In this document: positions 14,353 through 23,103 of the stretch, piece by piece
How positions within the stretch are numbered: the first letter of the stretch is position 1
Layout of the letters: the number at the start of each line of letters is the position of its first letter
DNA from: Bacteroidota bacterium
GTDB lineage: Bacteria > Bacteroidota > Bacteroidia > J057
NCBI GenBank assembly: GCA_043751755.1
Contig: JAYUZN010000717.1
Location: 1-35,424, forward strand
Reading direction: 5' to 3'
Length of the DNA stretch: 35,424 nucleotides
Made by a program: the position numbers and the translations under genes
Notes under the pieces: generated by a model
The model's database searches: none
The model's input: only the letters and a program-made list of their open reading frames with translations
Told to the model about the DNA's origin: nothing

Positions 14353-16002
14353 ATGAAAACAAAATACGCCGCTACAGACATCAATTTCAACAAAAATGAA
14401 GATGCTTATCGTGAGTTGATGCGACAACTCAATGCCAAATTGGACATTATCAAAAAAGGGGGAGGCGAAAAAGCCACTGCCAAACACAAAGCAAAGGGTA
14501 AAATGACGGCGCGTGAGCGTATAAAAATGCTGATAGATGGCGGTTCTGATTTTTGGGAAATAGGAGCTTTGGCGGCGGACGGCATGTATGAGGAACAAGG
14601 CGGCTGTCCTGCGGCGGGCGTAGTATGTGGAATTGGGGTAGTAGAAGGGCGCAGGGTGATGATTGTGGCGAATGATGCGACCGTAAAAGCAGGGGCTTGG
14701 TTTCCGATGGCTGGCAAAAAGAACCTTCGTGTGCAGGAAATTTGTATGGAAAACCTCTTGCCTATCATTTATTTGGTGGACAGTGCGGGCGTGTTTTTGC
14801 CTATGCAAGCCGAAATTTTCCCTGATAAAGAACATTTTGGGCGTATTTTTAGAAATAATGCCATCATGAGCAGCATGGGAATCATGCAAATTGCGGCTAT
14901 TATGGGACCTTGCGTGGCAGGTGGCGCATATCTGCCCATTATGAGTGATGAGGCTTTGATTGTGGACGGAACGGGGTCTGTGTTTTTGGCGGGTCCGTAT
15001 TTGGTGAAGTCTGCGATTGGCGAAGATGTGGCAGAAGAAGTCTTGGGCGGCGCAACGATGCACTGCGAGGTGTCGGGCGTTACCGACTACAAAATGGCAA
15101 ATGATACCGCTTGTTTGGAAAAAATAAGGTCTCTCGTTTCCAAAATCGGCGAAAAACCCAAAGCAGGTTTTCATCGAGGAAAACCGCAAAACCCTGAATT
15201 TGACCCTAAAGAATTGACGGGAATTATGCCCGTAGAACGCTCAAAACCCTACGAAACCCGCGAAATTATAGAACGTATTATAGATGCCGATTCTTGGGAC
15301 GAATATAAACAAGGTTATGGGCAAAGCATCATCACAGGCTATGCACGTGTAGAGGGTTGGGCGGTCGGCATTGTGGCAAATCAGCGGCAGGTTATCCGTT
15401 CTGCCAAAGGAGAAATGCAATTTGGCGGGGTTATATATTCGGATAGTGCCGATAAAGCTGCCCGTTTTATCATGAATTGCAACCAAAAACGGATTCCTTT
15501 GGTGTTTTTTCAAGATGTAACGGGCTTTATGGTGGGGTCTCGTTCAGAGCAGGGGGGCATTATCAAAGATGGCGCAAAAATGGTAAACGCAGTCGCAAAT
15601 TCGGTTGTGCCAAAATTTACTTTTATAACAGGCAATTCGTATGGGGCAGGAAATTATGCCATGTGCGGAAAAGCCTACGACCCGCGCCTCATTTTTGCTT
15701 GGCCTACTGCACAAATTGCGGTTATGGGAGGTGCGCAAGCGGCAAATACTTTGTTGCAAATTCAAGTTGCTTCGCTCAAAGCCAAAGGGCAGGAAATCGC
15801 ACCCGAAGAAAAACAAAAACTTTTGTCAGAAATAACAGAAAAATACATAGCGCAAACCAGCCCTTATTATGCGGCTTCTCGCTTGTGGGTGGACGGGATA
15901 ATCAATCCCTTGGATACCCGAAAAATCATTTCTGTAGGCATAGAAATCGCAAATGGCAATCCCGAAGTCAAGCCCTTTAATTTGGGGGTTATACAGACAT
16001 AG
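14353..16002 (+). CDS. acyl-CoA carboxylase carboxyltransferase subunit (methylcrotonyl-/propionyl-CoA carboxylase beta-like)
   Basis: 549 aa. 'GKMTARERIKMLIDGGS', 'VVANDATVKAGAW' and 'MGPCVAGGAYLP' are typical of the carboxyl transferase family. Confidence 0.9.
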   Translation: MKTKYAATDINFNKNEDAYRELMRQLNAKLDIIKKGGGEKATAKHKAKGKMTARERIKMLIDGGSDFWEIGALAADGMYEEQGGCPAAGVVCGIGVVEGRRVMIVANDATVKAGAWFPMAGKKNLRVQEICMENLLPIIYLVDSAGVFLPMQAEIFPDKEHFGRIFRNNAIMSSMGIMQIAAIMGPCVAGGAYLPIMSDEALIVDGTGSVFLAGPYLVKSAIGEDVAEEVLGGATMHCEVSGVTDYKMANDTACLEKIRSLVSKIGEKPKAGFHRGKPQNPEFDPKELTGIMPVERSKPYETREIIERIIDADSWDEYKQGYGQSIITGYARVEGWAVGIVANQRQVIRSAKGEMQFGGVIYSDSADKAARFIMNCNQKRIPLVFFQDVTGFMVGSRSEQGGIIKDGAKMVNAVANSVVPKFTFITGNSYGAGNYAMCGKAYDPRLIFAWPTAQIAVMGGAQAANTLLQIQVASLKAKGQEIAPEEKQKLLSEITEKYIAQTSPYYAASRLWVDGIINPLDTRKIISVGIEIANGNPEVKPFNLGVIQT

Positions 16003-16029
16003 GAACAAAAATTAAATAACTTGCCATTT

Positions 16030-16135
16030 TTATCACCTCTAAGGCACGAACGAAGAAACACGAAGTTATAGGGTAAAAGAAGATATTTAAGCCACACTTT
16101 TTCTTTCTTAGTTTCCTTTGTGCCTTAGTGGTAAA
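16030..16135. repeat. MITE-like element, CCACTAAGGCAC family (copy 1)
   Basis: The terminal inverted segments are 'CACCTCTAAGGCAC' and 'GTGCCTTAGTGGT'. The interior matches the reverse complement of 26493-26595. Confidence 0.75.
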
Positions 16136-16241
16136 TTATAAGATTATTCTTTTCGTATTCCTAAAATGTGTCCTTCTTGTTTTTGAAAGGCATATTAACG
16201 CTTTTTTTGCAATTATTGGCAGAAATCTCCCCCACAACTTG

Positions 16242-16249
16242 TATATTTG
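16242..16249 (+). promoter_or_regulatory. -7 box TATATTTG upstream of purC
   Basis: TAnnTTTG, 24 nt upstream of the ATG at 16274. Confidence 0.5.
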
Positions 16250-16273
16250 CGCCAAAAATATACACATACACTC

Positions 16274-17212
16274 ATGCAACTACAATTTCCTCGTCAGATT
16301 TCGACCTATAGCGGCAAAGTTCGGGACGTTTATAATATAGCAGATGCCTTGATGGTTATCGTGGCTTCTGACCGCATTTCTGCCTTCGATTATATTTTGC
16401 CCCGCACGATTGCGCATAAAGGGCAGGTGTTGAATCAAACGGCGGCGCATTTTTTTGAGGCGGTAGATTTGCTTGTGCCTACGCATGTACTCGCTGTGCC
16501 TGATGCAAATGTTACGATTGGGCTGCGTTGTCAAGCCTATCCGATAGAAATGGTGGTGCGCGGCTATCTTGCAGGGCATGCGTGGCGGCAGTATTCGGCA
16601 GGAAAAAGAGAGGTCTGTGGGGTAAAATTGCCCGAAGGTTTGCGCCAAAATGACAAGCTACCTACGCCTATCATTACCCCTACTACCAAGTCGCATATTG
16701 GGCATGATGAGGATATTAGTGAGCAGGAAATCATGAAATCTAATTTGGTAGAAGCCCATGAATATGCGGAAATGAAGCATTATGCCTTAGAATTGTTCCA
16801 TAAAGGTACAGAAATGGCGGCGGAAAGGGGCTTGATTTTGGTGGATACAAAGTATGAATTTGGGACTTTTGACGATAGAATTTATGTGATAGATGAGATT
16901 CATACCCCTGATTCTTCGCGCTATTTTTATGCAGAAGGCTATGCAGAAAGGCAGGAAAAAGGCGAAGTGCAAAAGCAACTTTCTAAGGAATTTGTGAGAG
17001 AATGGCTGATTGCACATCATTTTCAAGGCTTAGAAGGGCAGATAATTCCCGAAATGCCTGACGAATTTGTGACAAATACTTCTGAAAGATATATAGAGTT
17101 GTACGAAAAAATAACAGGAACGGCTTTTATTCCTGCCGATATGACGAATGTAAATGAGCGAATTATGGATAATACTTTGCCTGTTTTGACGGAATTCCTG
17201 AAGAATATGTAA
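16274..17212 (+). CDS. purC: phosphoribosylaminoimidazole-succinocarboxamide synthase (long form)
   Basis: It has 'YSGKVRDVY', 'ASDRISAFD', 'ILVDTKYEFG' and 'IDEIHTPDSSRY'. The ATG at 16274 is preferred over the TTG at 16247. Confidence 0.92.
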   Translation: MQLQFPRQISTYSGKVRDVYNIADALMVIVASDRISAFDYILPRTIAHKGQVLNQTAAHFFEAVDLLVPTHVLAVPDANVTIGLRCQAYPIEMVVRGYLAGHAWRQYSAGKREVCGVKLPEGLRQNDKLPTPIITPTTKSHIGHDEDISEQEIMKSNLVEAHEYAEMKHYALELFHKGTEMAAERGLILVDTKYEFGTFDDRIYVIDEIHTPDSSRYFYAEGYAERQEKGEVQKQLSKEFVREWLIAHHFQGLEGQIIPEMPDEFVTNTSERYIELYEKITGTAFIPADMTNVNERIMDNTLPVLTEFLKNM

Positions 17213-17226
17213 GGTAATAGAGCAAT

Positions 17227-17410
17227 ATGTCTGCCATTATTTTTTTACCTTTTTTCTTGTCCCGTAGGGACAAAATGTCGGTAGAAACACGCGTATTTCC
17301 CCCCATTTTTATTCGATTTTGAAAAATCATGCTGGGAATTGGTCCGTTTTTCTTAGGGCTACCGACATTTTGTCCCTAACGGGACAAAAGAACGAAAAAT
17401 GGCAGACAGG
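17227..17410. repeat. MITE-like element with long terminal inverted repeats
   Basis: 'TGTCTGCCATT...TTGTCCCGTAGGGACAAAATGTCGGTAG' pairs with 'CTACCGACATTTTGTCCCTAACGGGACAA...AAATGGCAGACA'. Confidence 0.75.
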
Positions 17411-17413
17411 TTG

Positions 17414-17452
17414 AATAGAGTGACTCACTTTTAAAAAGTGAGCCACTCTATT
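17414..17452 (+). terminator. AGAGTGNCTCACTTTT hairpin-family copy downstream of purC
   Basis: 'AATAGAGTGACTCACTTTTAAAAAGTGAGCCACTCTATT'. Confidence 0.45.
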
Positions 17453-17470
17453 ACAGCACTCACCGCTGGT

Positions 17471-17590
17471 GCAAGCGTCCGCTTGTACCTCCTTTCTTGA
17501 AGCGTCCGCTTCCAACTGCGAAGCGGACGCTTCAAGTAGCTACCACAAGCGGACGCTTGCGGCAGCAAGCGGCAGCAAGCGGCAGCAAGG
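17471..17590. repeat. nested AAGCGGACGCTT palindromes plus GGCAGCAAGC x3
   Basis: The outer arms are 17471-17486 and 17545-17560. The inner arms are 17497-17512 and 17520-17535. The tandem 10-mer occupies 17561-17590. Confidence 0.85.
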
Positions 17591-17672
17591 CAGCTCTACT
17601 TGGGAATATTTAGCACAATTTTATTCAAGATGTTTTTTTTCAAAAACACATACTTTTCTCCTTAGAAAAAAC

Positions 17673-17680
17673 TACATTTG
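17673..17680 (+). promoter_or_regulatory. -7 box TACATTTG upstream of the NagZ/beta-lactamase fusion gene
   Basis: TAnnTTTG, 63 nt upstream of the ATG at 17744. Confidence 0.45.
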
Positions 17681-17743
17681 TAGGCGCATTTTCATTTCGA
17701 CTTCGCTCAATGACCACTGCCAAAAAACAACCTCATAATAGAC

Positions 17744-20728
17744 ATGACCAATATCAAATATCTCTCCATTTTCCTTTTGTGTGTGGCACTCTCTATAAGT
17801 GCCTCCGAATCCTCGAATATTACCGATTCTATTCATTTTTTGAAATATAAAAACCATGCTGCAGACGAAACACAATGGGCTGATAGTGTGCTACTTACCC
17901 TTTCTACCAAACAAAAAATAGGGCAACTGATGATGACTGCTGTCTTTGGTAGGGAAGAGGGCGGACAGGACATTGAAACCCGTAATTTGATAGAAAACTA
18001 CCATATTGGCGGACTTATTTTTATGAAAGCTGACCCTGCCATACAGGTAAACCTCACGAATCGTTACCAAAATTATGCTCGTCTGCCTTTGATGATTGCG
18101 CAAGATGCGGAATGGGGTATGAATATGCGTATGCCGAATGTTATTCGCTATCCGCACAACATGACTTTGGGCGCGATTCGCAATGATTCACTTTTGTATA
18201 AAATGGGTTTGATGATTGGCGAACAATGCAAAACGGTGGGCGTGCAAATCAATTTTGCCCCTGTGGTAGATGTGAATAACAATCCTGCGAATCCCGTCAT
18301 TGGCGACCGTTCTTATGGCGAAAATAAGTTCAATGTGGTGCGCAAAGCATGGATGTTTAGCAAGGGAATGATGGACAAAAATATCCTGCCTTGTGCCAAA
18401 CATTTTCCCGGACATGGCGATACAGACACCGATTCGCACAAGGATTTGCCCACAATTCCGTTCACAAGGGAGCGTTTAGATACGGTCGAGCTATATACTT
18501 TCCAAAAAATGGTGGAATATGGTATGCCTTCTATGATGGTTGCGCATTTGTTTATTCCTGCCTTAGACCCTACGCCCAATCGCCCTTCTACGCTTTCTCC
18601 CCTGATAATCAATGACTTGCTGCGGAAACAAATGCACTATGATGGGCTGGTTTTTACAGATGCACTCAATATGCAAGGAGTCGCAAAGTATTATGCCCCT
18701 GGTGAAGTGGAATTGTTGGCATTTAAGGCGGGAAATGATGTTTTGTTATATTCGCAAGATATTCCAAAAGCTGTGAGCCGTATTGAGTTGGCTTTGCAAA
18801 GCAAGGAAATCACGCAGGAGGACTTAGATGCAAAAGTGCTAAAAATCCTCAAAACCAAATATCGTCTTGGCTTAAACAAAAGACCTTCTACGCCGTATGG
18901 CGGCACATTGGAATATCTCAATTCTGGACAATCCAAAAGCCTTAAAAAAGAATTGTTTGAAGCGGCGGTTACTTTGGTCAAAAATGAAGGAAAACTTGTG
19001 CCTTTGAATTCTTTGGAAGGTTTGAACATTGCCTACGTACAAATTGGCGGCACAAAAGGAAATACTTTTTCCCGCACTTTGCAAAAATATGCCTCCGTAA
19101 AAGTCTTCAATTTGCCCAAAAACCCTACAGGAGAACAAGTTTCAAGCACTTTGAAAACCTTGCGCAGCTTCACAACGGTGATTGTGGGCGTGTTTGATGT
19201 GGAAAAAAAGATAGCTACGAATTTTGGAATAGATGGAATGACAAGCAACTTTTCTAAGCAATTAGCCGCAATTCCCACTATAAATACGATTTTATGCACC
19301 TTTGGCAGCCCCTATAGTTTGCGGAGTTTTGGCACAGAAAAGGCTGTTTTTTGTGGCTATGAGGAAGACGAAGATGCGCAAAGAGCCGTAGGTGCTGCGA
19401 TTTTTGGCGGGCTGATAGTAGATGGGCAGTTGCCTGTAACGGCTTCTGCGCAGTTTAAAGAAGGCATGGGCGAAATTATTCCTGTGGTTACCCGTTTTGG
19501 CTTTGCCCTGCCCGAAGAGTTGCAAATGAATAGCTATGTCTTGAACAAAATAGATTCTGTGGCAAATGCCTGTTTTCAAAGACGGGCGGTTCCGGGTTTT
19601 GCGGTAGCGGTTATGCGCCGCAACAAAATTGTGTATGAAAAGGGCTTTGGCAAGACGGATTATAGCCTTGCCGCTGATTCTATAGACCCGCTTTATGCTA
19701 TGTACGACATCGCTTCTGTAACAAAAGTGGTGGTAACTACGACTTTGGCAATGCACTTGGTAGAAAATGGTATGTTAGATTTGGATAAAACTATTTCTGA
19801 TTATTTGCCTGAATTTAAAAATAGCAATAAATCCTCCCTCACTGTGCGGGAATTGTTGCAACATACGGCGGGCTTAAAGGCTTGGATTCCTTTTTATTTG
19901 GACACTTACGAGGCAGGAAGTAAAACGCAACTGCGCAGAGATTTGTACAAAACAGAATATAGTGAATCCTATAACATAGAGGTTGCCCCTCGTTTTTACT
20001 TGAATCATACTTATAAAGATAGCATTTGGCAAAAAATCATCCACTCGGAAGTAGGTCCTCGCAGCCATATGGTTTACAGCGATTTAGGGGTCATTATTAC
20101 AGGAAAAATAATTGAAAGCATTGTAGGAACGTCTTTAGATGACTATTCTTGTACCAATTTCTACCAACCTATGGGCATGTCAAACACTATGTTCAATGCA
20201 GGACAAAAGGGCTATGCGCGTTTTTGCGCACCTACGGAAATAGATTCTGCTTGGCGACACAATGTATTGAAAGGCTATGTTCACGACCCTGCTTGTGCCA
20301 TGTTTGGGGGCGTTACGGGGCATGCCGGGCTTTTTTCCAATGTCTATGATTTGTGCAAATGGGCATTTATGATAAAAAATGGGGGCATTTATGGCAGTCG
20401 TGTGTATCTTGACGAGGCGACTATCAAAAATTGGACTTCCAAACAGGTGAGTTATAGCCGCAGAGGAATCGGCTGGGACAAGCCTAATTCTGACCCTGAC
20501 AGGTCGGGGCAGGTGTCGGGCTATGCGTCAGATGAGGCTTACGGGCATTTGGGCTTTACGGGTACTTCTGTTTGGATTGACCCCAAATATGACCTTGTTT
20601 TTGTGTTTCTTTCTAATAGAACCTATCCTTCTTCGCGCCGCACCTTGTTCAACAAGCTGCATGTGCGCAAGGAGGTGATGGATTTAGTGTATGAGTCTAT
20701 GATGAAAAAAGGGAAAATGGAATTGTGA
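17744..20728 (+). CDS. periplasmic fusion protein: GH3 beta-N-acetylhexosaminidase (NagZ-like) + class C beta-lactamase-fold serine hydrolase
   Basis: 994 aa with a signal peptide. The N-terminal half carries GH3 motifs ('KHFPGHGDTDTDSH', 'FTDALNM'). The C-terminal half has the SxxK motif 'DIASVTK' and the beta-lactamase/PBP fold. Confidence 0.85.
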   Translation: MTNIKYLSIFLLCVALSISASESSNITDSIHFLKYKNHAADETQWADSVLLTLSTKQKIGQLMMTAVFGREEGGQDIETRNLIENYHIGGLIFMKADPAIQVNLTNRYQNYARLPLMIAQDAEWGMNMRMPNVIRYPHNMTLGAIRNDSLLYKMGLMIGEQCKTVGVQINFAPVVDVNNNPANPVIGDRSYGENKFNVVRKAWMFSKGMMDKNILPCAKHFPGHGDTDTDSHKDLPTIPFTRERLDTVELYTFQKMVEYGMPSMMVAHLFIPALDPTPNRPSTLSPLIINDLLRKQMHYDGLVFTDALNMQGVAKYYAPGEVELLAFKAGNDVLLYSQDIPKAVSRIELALQSKEITQEDLDAKVLKILKTKYRLGLNKRPSTPYGGTLEYLNSGQSKSLKKELFEAAVTLVKNEGKLVPLNSLEGLNIAYVQIGGTKGNTFSRTLQKYASVKVFNLPKNPTGEQVSSTLKTLRSFTTVIVGVFDVEKKIATNFGIDGMTSNFSKQLAAIPTINTILCTFGSPYSLRSFGTEKAVFCGYEEDEDAQRAVGAAIFGGLIVDGQLPVTASAQFKEGMGEIIPVVTRFGFALPEELQMNSYVLNKIDSVANACFQRRAVPGFAVAVMRRNKIVYEKGFGKTDYSLAADSIDPLYAMYDIASVTKVVVTTTLAMHLVENGMLDLDKTISDYLPEFKNSNKSSLTVRELLQHTAGLKAWIPFYLDTYEAGSKTQLRRDLYKTEYSESYNIEVAPRFYLNHTYKDSIWQKIIHSEVGPRSHMVYSDLGVIITGKIIESIVGTSLDDYSCTNFYQPMGMSNTMFNAGQKGYARFCAPTEIDSAWRHNVLKGYVHDPACAMFGGVTGHAGLFSNVYDLCKWAFMIKNGGIYGSRVYLDEATIKNWTSKQVSYSRRGIGWDKPNSDPDRSGQVSGYASDEAYGHLGFTGTSVWIDPKYDLVFVFLSNRTYPSSRRTLFNKLHVRKEVMDLVYESMMKKGKMEL

Positions 20729-20792
20729 GTTTTGGCGTGTTTTATCTGCGAAATGTATCGCAATTTAAATTGCAATATTTTTTTATAAAATC

Positions 20793-20873
20793 AGGACTTA
20801 TGCAAAACGTGTTTTTATAGTCACGAATTGCACGAATTATGGCTGTTAATTCGTGGCAAAATGCGTAAGTCCT
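20793..20873. repeat. structured inverted-repeat element between convergent genes
   Basis: The outer arms are 'AGGACTTATGCA' and 'TGCGTAAGTCCT'. The inner stem is 'CACGAATTA' and 'TAATTCGTG' (20831-20855). Confidence 0.6.
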
Positions 20874-20888
20874 AAAAATGTCATCTTT

Positions 20889-21338
20889 TCAAAGGGGTAT
20901 GTCGTTCCTATGTTCTATACTCTGTTGATACAAATTTTCAATAGAGATTTTAACAAGTCTCCGCATAAGTATTTCTGTTATTTTATCTAAGAAATTCTCC
21001 TTGGTTACCTCTTTTAAATTTTTATCCTCTTTTTCGCCTATATGACAATATATGTCAACCGGAAATCTGCCTTCTATCCCTTCAACAACTGTCAATATTT
21101 TTCGCCTAAAATTGCCCAAATAAGGTGCAACAACATAAAGCATGTAAAGCGCAACGGGCTTAGGAGGTTCTGTGTCCAAATAGGAGTCAATTGCTTCTAC
21201 CTCCATTTTTAATGCACCACTTGTTGCATCAACAAGCGAGTTTGACTGAGTTAGCAGTAAATTGTATGCTGATTCTTCTGTGGGTTCTGAAAAATCGAGG
21301 ACTTCCCAAATATTTTTCTCTGTAATTGGATGGGTCAT
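20889..21338 (-). CDS. hypothetical acidic protein, translationally coupled to the upstream EEP gene
   Basis: 149 aa with no family recognised. Its ATG overlaps the stop of the EEP gene (ATGA, 21335-21338). By my count it has about 25 D/E versus 16 K/R. Confidence 0.6.
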   Translation of the reverse strand: MTHPITEKNIWEVLDFSEPTEESAYNLLLTQSNSLVDATSGALKMEVEAIDSYLDTEPPKPVALYMLYVVAPYLGNFRRKILTVVEGIEGRFPVDIYCHIGEKEDKNLKEVTKENFLDKITEILMRRLVKISIENLYQQSIEHRNDIPL

Positions 21339-22162
21339 AATGTTAGTTTTAATATTATCGGTAAATGGTCGGAATAATTTGTCTTATCTGGACGACCGAA
21401 ATCTTTAGTTAGTTTATTATTGTAAATTTTAGTTACAATTTCTACAAATGGTTTGTTTAAATACGGTTTAAGGGTAGGACGCAAAATGATTTGGTCATAC
21501 ATATTCCATTGGTGTGAGATAGGTCCAGATGCTCTATAATAATGTGTCCCAAATGGTTCGGCAAAATCGCCGAAAAAATTCCACATGGGGTTATAAAAGT
21601 ATTTGGAGTAAGTACCATCAATTGTTCTGCCCGATTTTGCCATTGCATAATTCAAGTCTGACAAAGCATGTATTCCATTTGCATCTACAAGTCCATTTTC
21701 AAACGGGTTCATATTAAAGTCTCCTATTAAAATGGTGTTTGAACATTGTGTATCGCTTTCAATTTTGTCAATCGCTTGGGATAATTTTCCACATTCTGAT
21801 GTTAAACTATCATTCGACCAGTTTATTTTAGAAGGTAAATGAACAGCAATCAGATTGAAAGTGATTATCGTTGGAATAGATACTTTGTGTGCCGTCCAAC
21901 GAGCTGAAGGATAGAGAGAACTTTTATCTTCAAAATTAGTGTTTTCGTATCTTGAAATAATGGTTAATTTGTTCTTTGCAGATTCTATCCTATAATATTT
22001 TGTCCCTAAGGCATTTAATTTATGGATAAATGAAAGCACAATGGAGTCCTTGATTTCAGCTATACAAATAATATCCAACTCTTTTTCACGAGTCAAAGAA
22101 ACTAAGGAGTCGCTTAGGTCGTTATTGTTAGGCGAATTTACATTCCAAAATCCAATGTTCAT
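21335..22162 (-). CDS. endonuclease/exonuclease/phosphatase (EEP, DNase I-like) family protein
   Basis: 275 aa with no signal peptide. All EEP catalytic motifs are present in order: 'FWNVN', 'ICIAEI', 'AVHLPS', 'IGDFNMNP', 'YDQII', 'SDHLPI'. Confidence 0.8.
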   Translation of the reverse strand: MNIGFWNVNSPNNNDLSDSLVSLTREKELDIICIAEIKDSIVLSFIHKLNALGTKYYRIESAKNKLTIISRYENTNFEDKSSLYPSARWTAHKVSIPTIITFNLIAVHLPSKINWSNDSLTSECGKLSQAIDKIESDTQCSNTILIGDFNMNPFENGLVDANGIHALSDLNYAMAKSGRTIDGTYSKYFYNPMWNFFGDFAEPFGTHYYRASGPISHQWNMYDQIILRPTLKPYLNKPFVEIVTKIYNNKLTKDFGRPDKTNYSDHLPIILKLTL

Positions 22163-22214
22163 ATTGTTTGCTTACCATTATTTTATCAATACACAAATCT
22201 TTGATATATTAACG

Positions 22215-22222
22215 CAAAGATA
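22215..22222 (-). promoter_or_regulatory. -7 box TATCTTTG upstream of the EEP cassette
   Basis: TAnnTTTG on the minus strand, 52 nt upstream of the ATG at 22162. It lies in the spacer after the pyrR-like gene. Confidence 0.45.
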
Positions 22223-22311
22223 AAATCAAAAATACAACTATCCAAATAATTATACAATTTTTCTGCTTAAAATACAACCCCGAAGAACCCGCAGAAAGCA
22301 CCCTCAAAAAA

Positions 22312-22818
22312 TCACAGCAAAAACACCTCTGCTTTTCCGCCTTCTACTATCTCAAAAGACACATGTTGTTGCAAGGTTGTAGCCAATCTCATACCCACAT
22401 AATCAGGGGAAATTGGCATAAGCCGATGCCCCCTATCTACTAATACAAAGGCTTGAATACTCTTGGGTGCATAGCCCAAAATATGCGAAAAAGTGCTTAA
22501 TAAAGTCCTGCCAGAGTAGAGTACATCATCTATAACAATGACAGATTTGCCTACTAATGAAGGGGCTTCTGAAGCCCAATTCATCAACATTTTGCCTTCG
22601 TCATTTCTCTGCATATTTACCTGATAATGAAGGGTTTGAATAGTAGATATTTGGGATAAAAACTCCTGCAAAACCTCCGCAATAAAGCTGCCTTTTTCTT
22701 CTATTCCAATCAAAATAATTTCCATTTCCTCAAAATTTCGCTCATAGATTTGATAGGCGACTCGCAGCAGTTTATCCCTAAATTTGGAGTCCGAAAGAAT
22801 GGCTGTTTTGTTTGGCAT
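22312..22818 (-). CDS. pyrR: phosphoribosyltransferase, PyrR-like (pyrimidine operon regulator/uracil PRTase family)
   Basis: 168 aa. It has the PRPP-binding loop 'VIVIDDVLYSGRT' and 'VLVDRGHRLMPISPDYVG', typical of PyrR. Confidence 0.75.
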   Translation of the reverse strand: MPNKTAILSDSKFRDKLLRVAYQIYERNFEEMEIILIGIEEKGSFIAEVLQEFLSQISTIQTLHYQVNMQRNDEGKMLMNWASEAPSLVGKSVIVIDDVLYSGRTLLSTFSHILGYAPKSIQAFVLVDRGHRLMPISPDYVGMRLATTLQQHVSFEIVEGGKAEVFLL

Positions 22819-23103
22819 GTAAAATATAATTTGGAATATTGAAAATGATGTAATATTTTTGTCCTAAATGTAGAAATTTGGAGAAAAAAAATGGGGAAAA
22901 TTAGCCTTTTATAGATAATTTGGAACAACTTAATGATTCGAGAAACCAATATATTTATGTAATGTTTTTATTATTATAGCAAAAATTTCAATTATCGAAT
23001 TGATAAAATTGTGTTTACTTTTTGGCTTAATTTCGACATATAAAATAATGAAACCTGCAAATGCTTTTCTTTCTTCTATGGCTTATTTCTCTCACAAAGG
23101 TAT

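Noticed and set aside
14335-15189. 284-aa minus-strand ORF, plus 14406-14768 and 15241-15513
   Set aside because: These are antisense shadow ORFs lying entirely inside the well-supported carboxyltransferase gene. Their composition is Arg/His/Phe-rich and they have no motifs.
847-17590. Possible CRISPR arrays among the tandem and interspersed repeats (847-888, 1716-1783, 10565-10668, 17561-17590)
   Set aside because: The units are 7-16 bp and directly abutting or palindromic. There are no unique 25-40-bp spacers, no cas genes and no leader. They are microsatellite or REP/MITE-like repeats.
17469-17738. 89-aa ORF across the purC/NagZ spacer
   Set aside because: It is composed of translated palindromes and the GGCAGCAAGC repeat ('ASACTSFLEASAS...'), so it is not protein-like.
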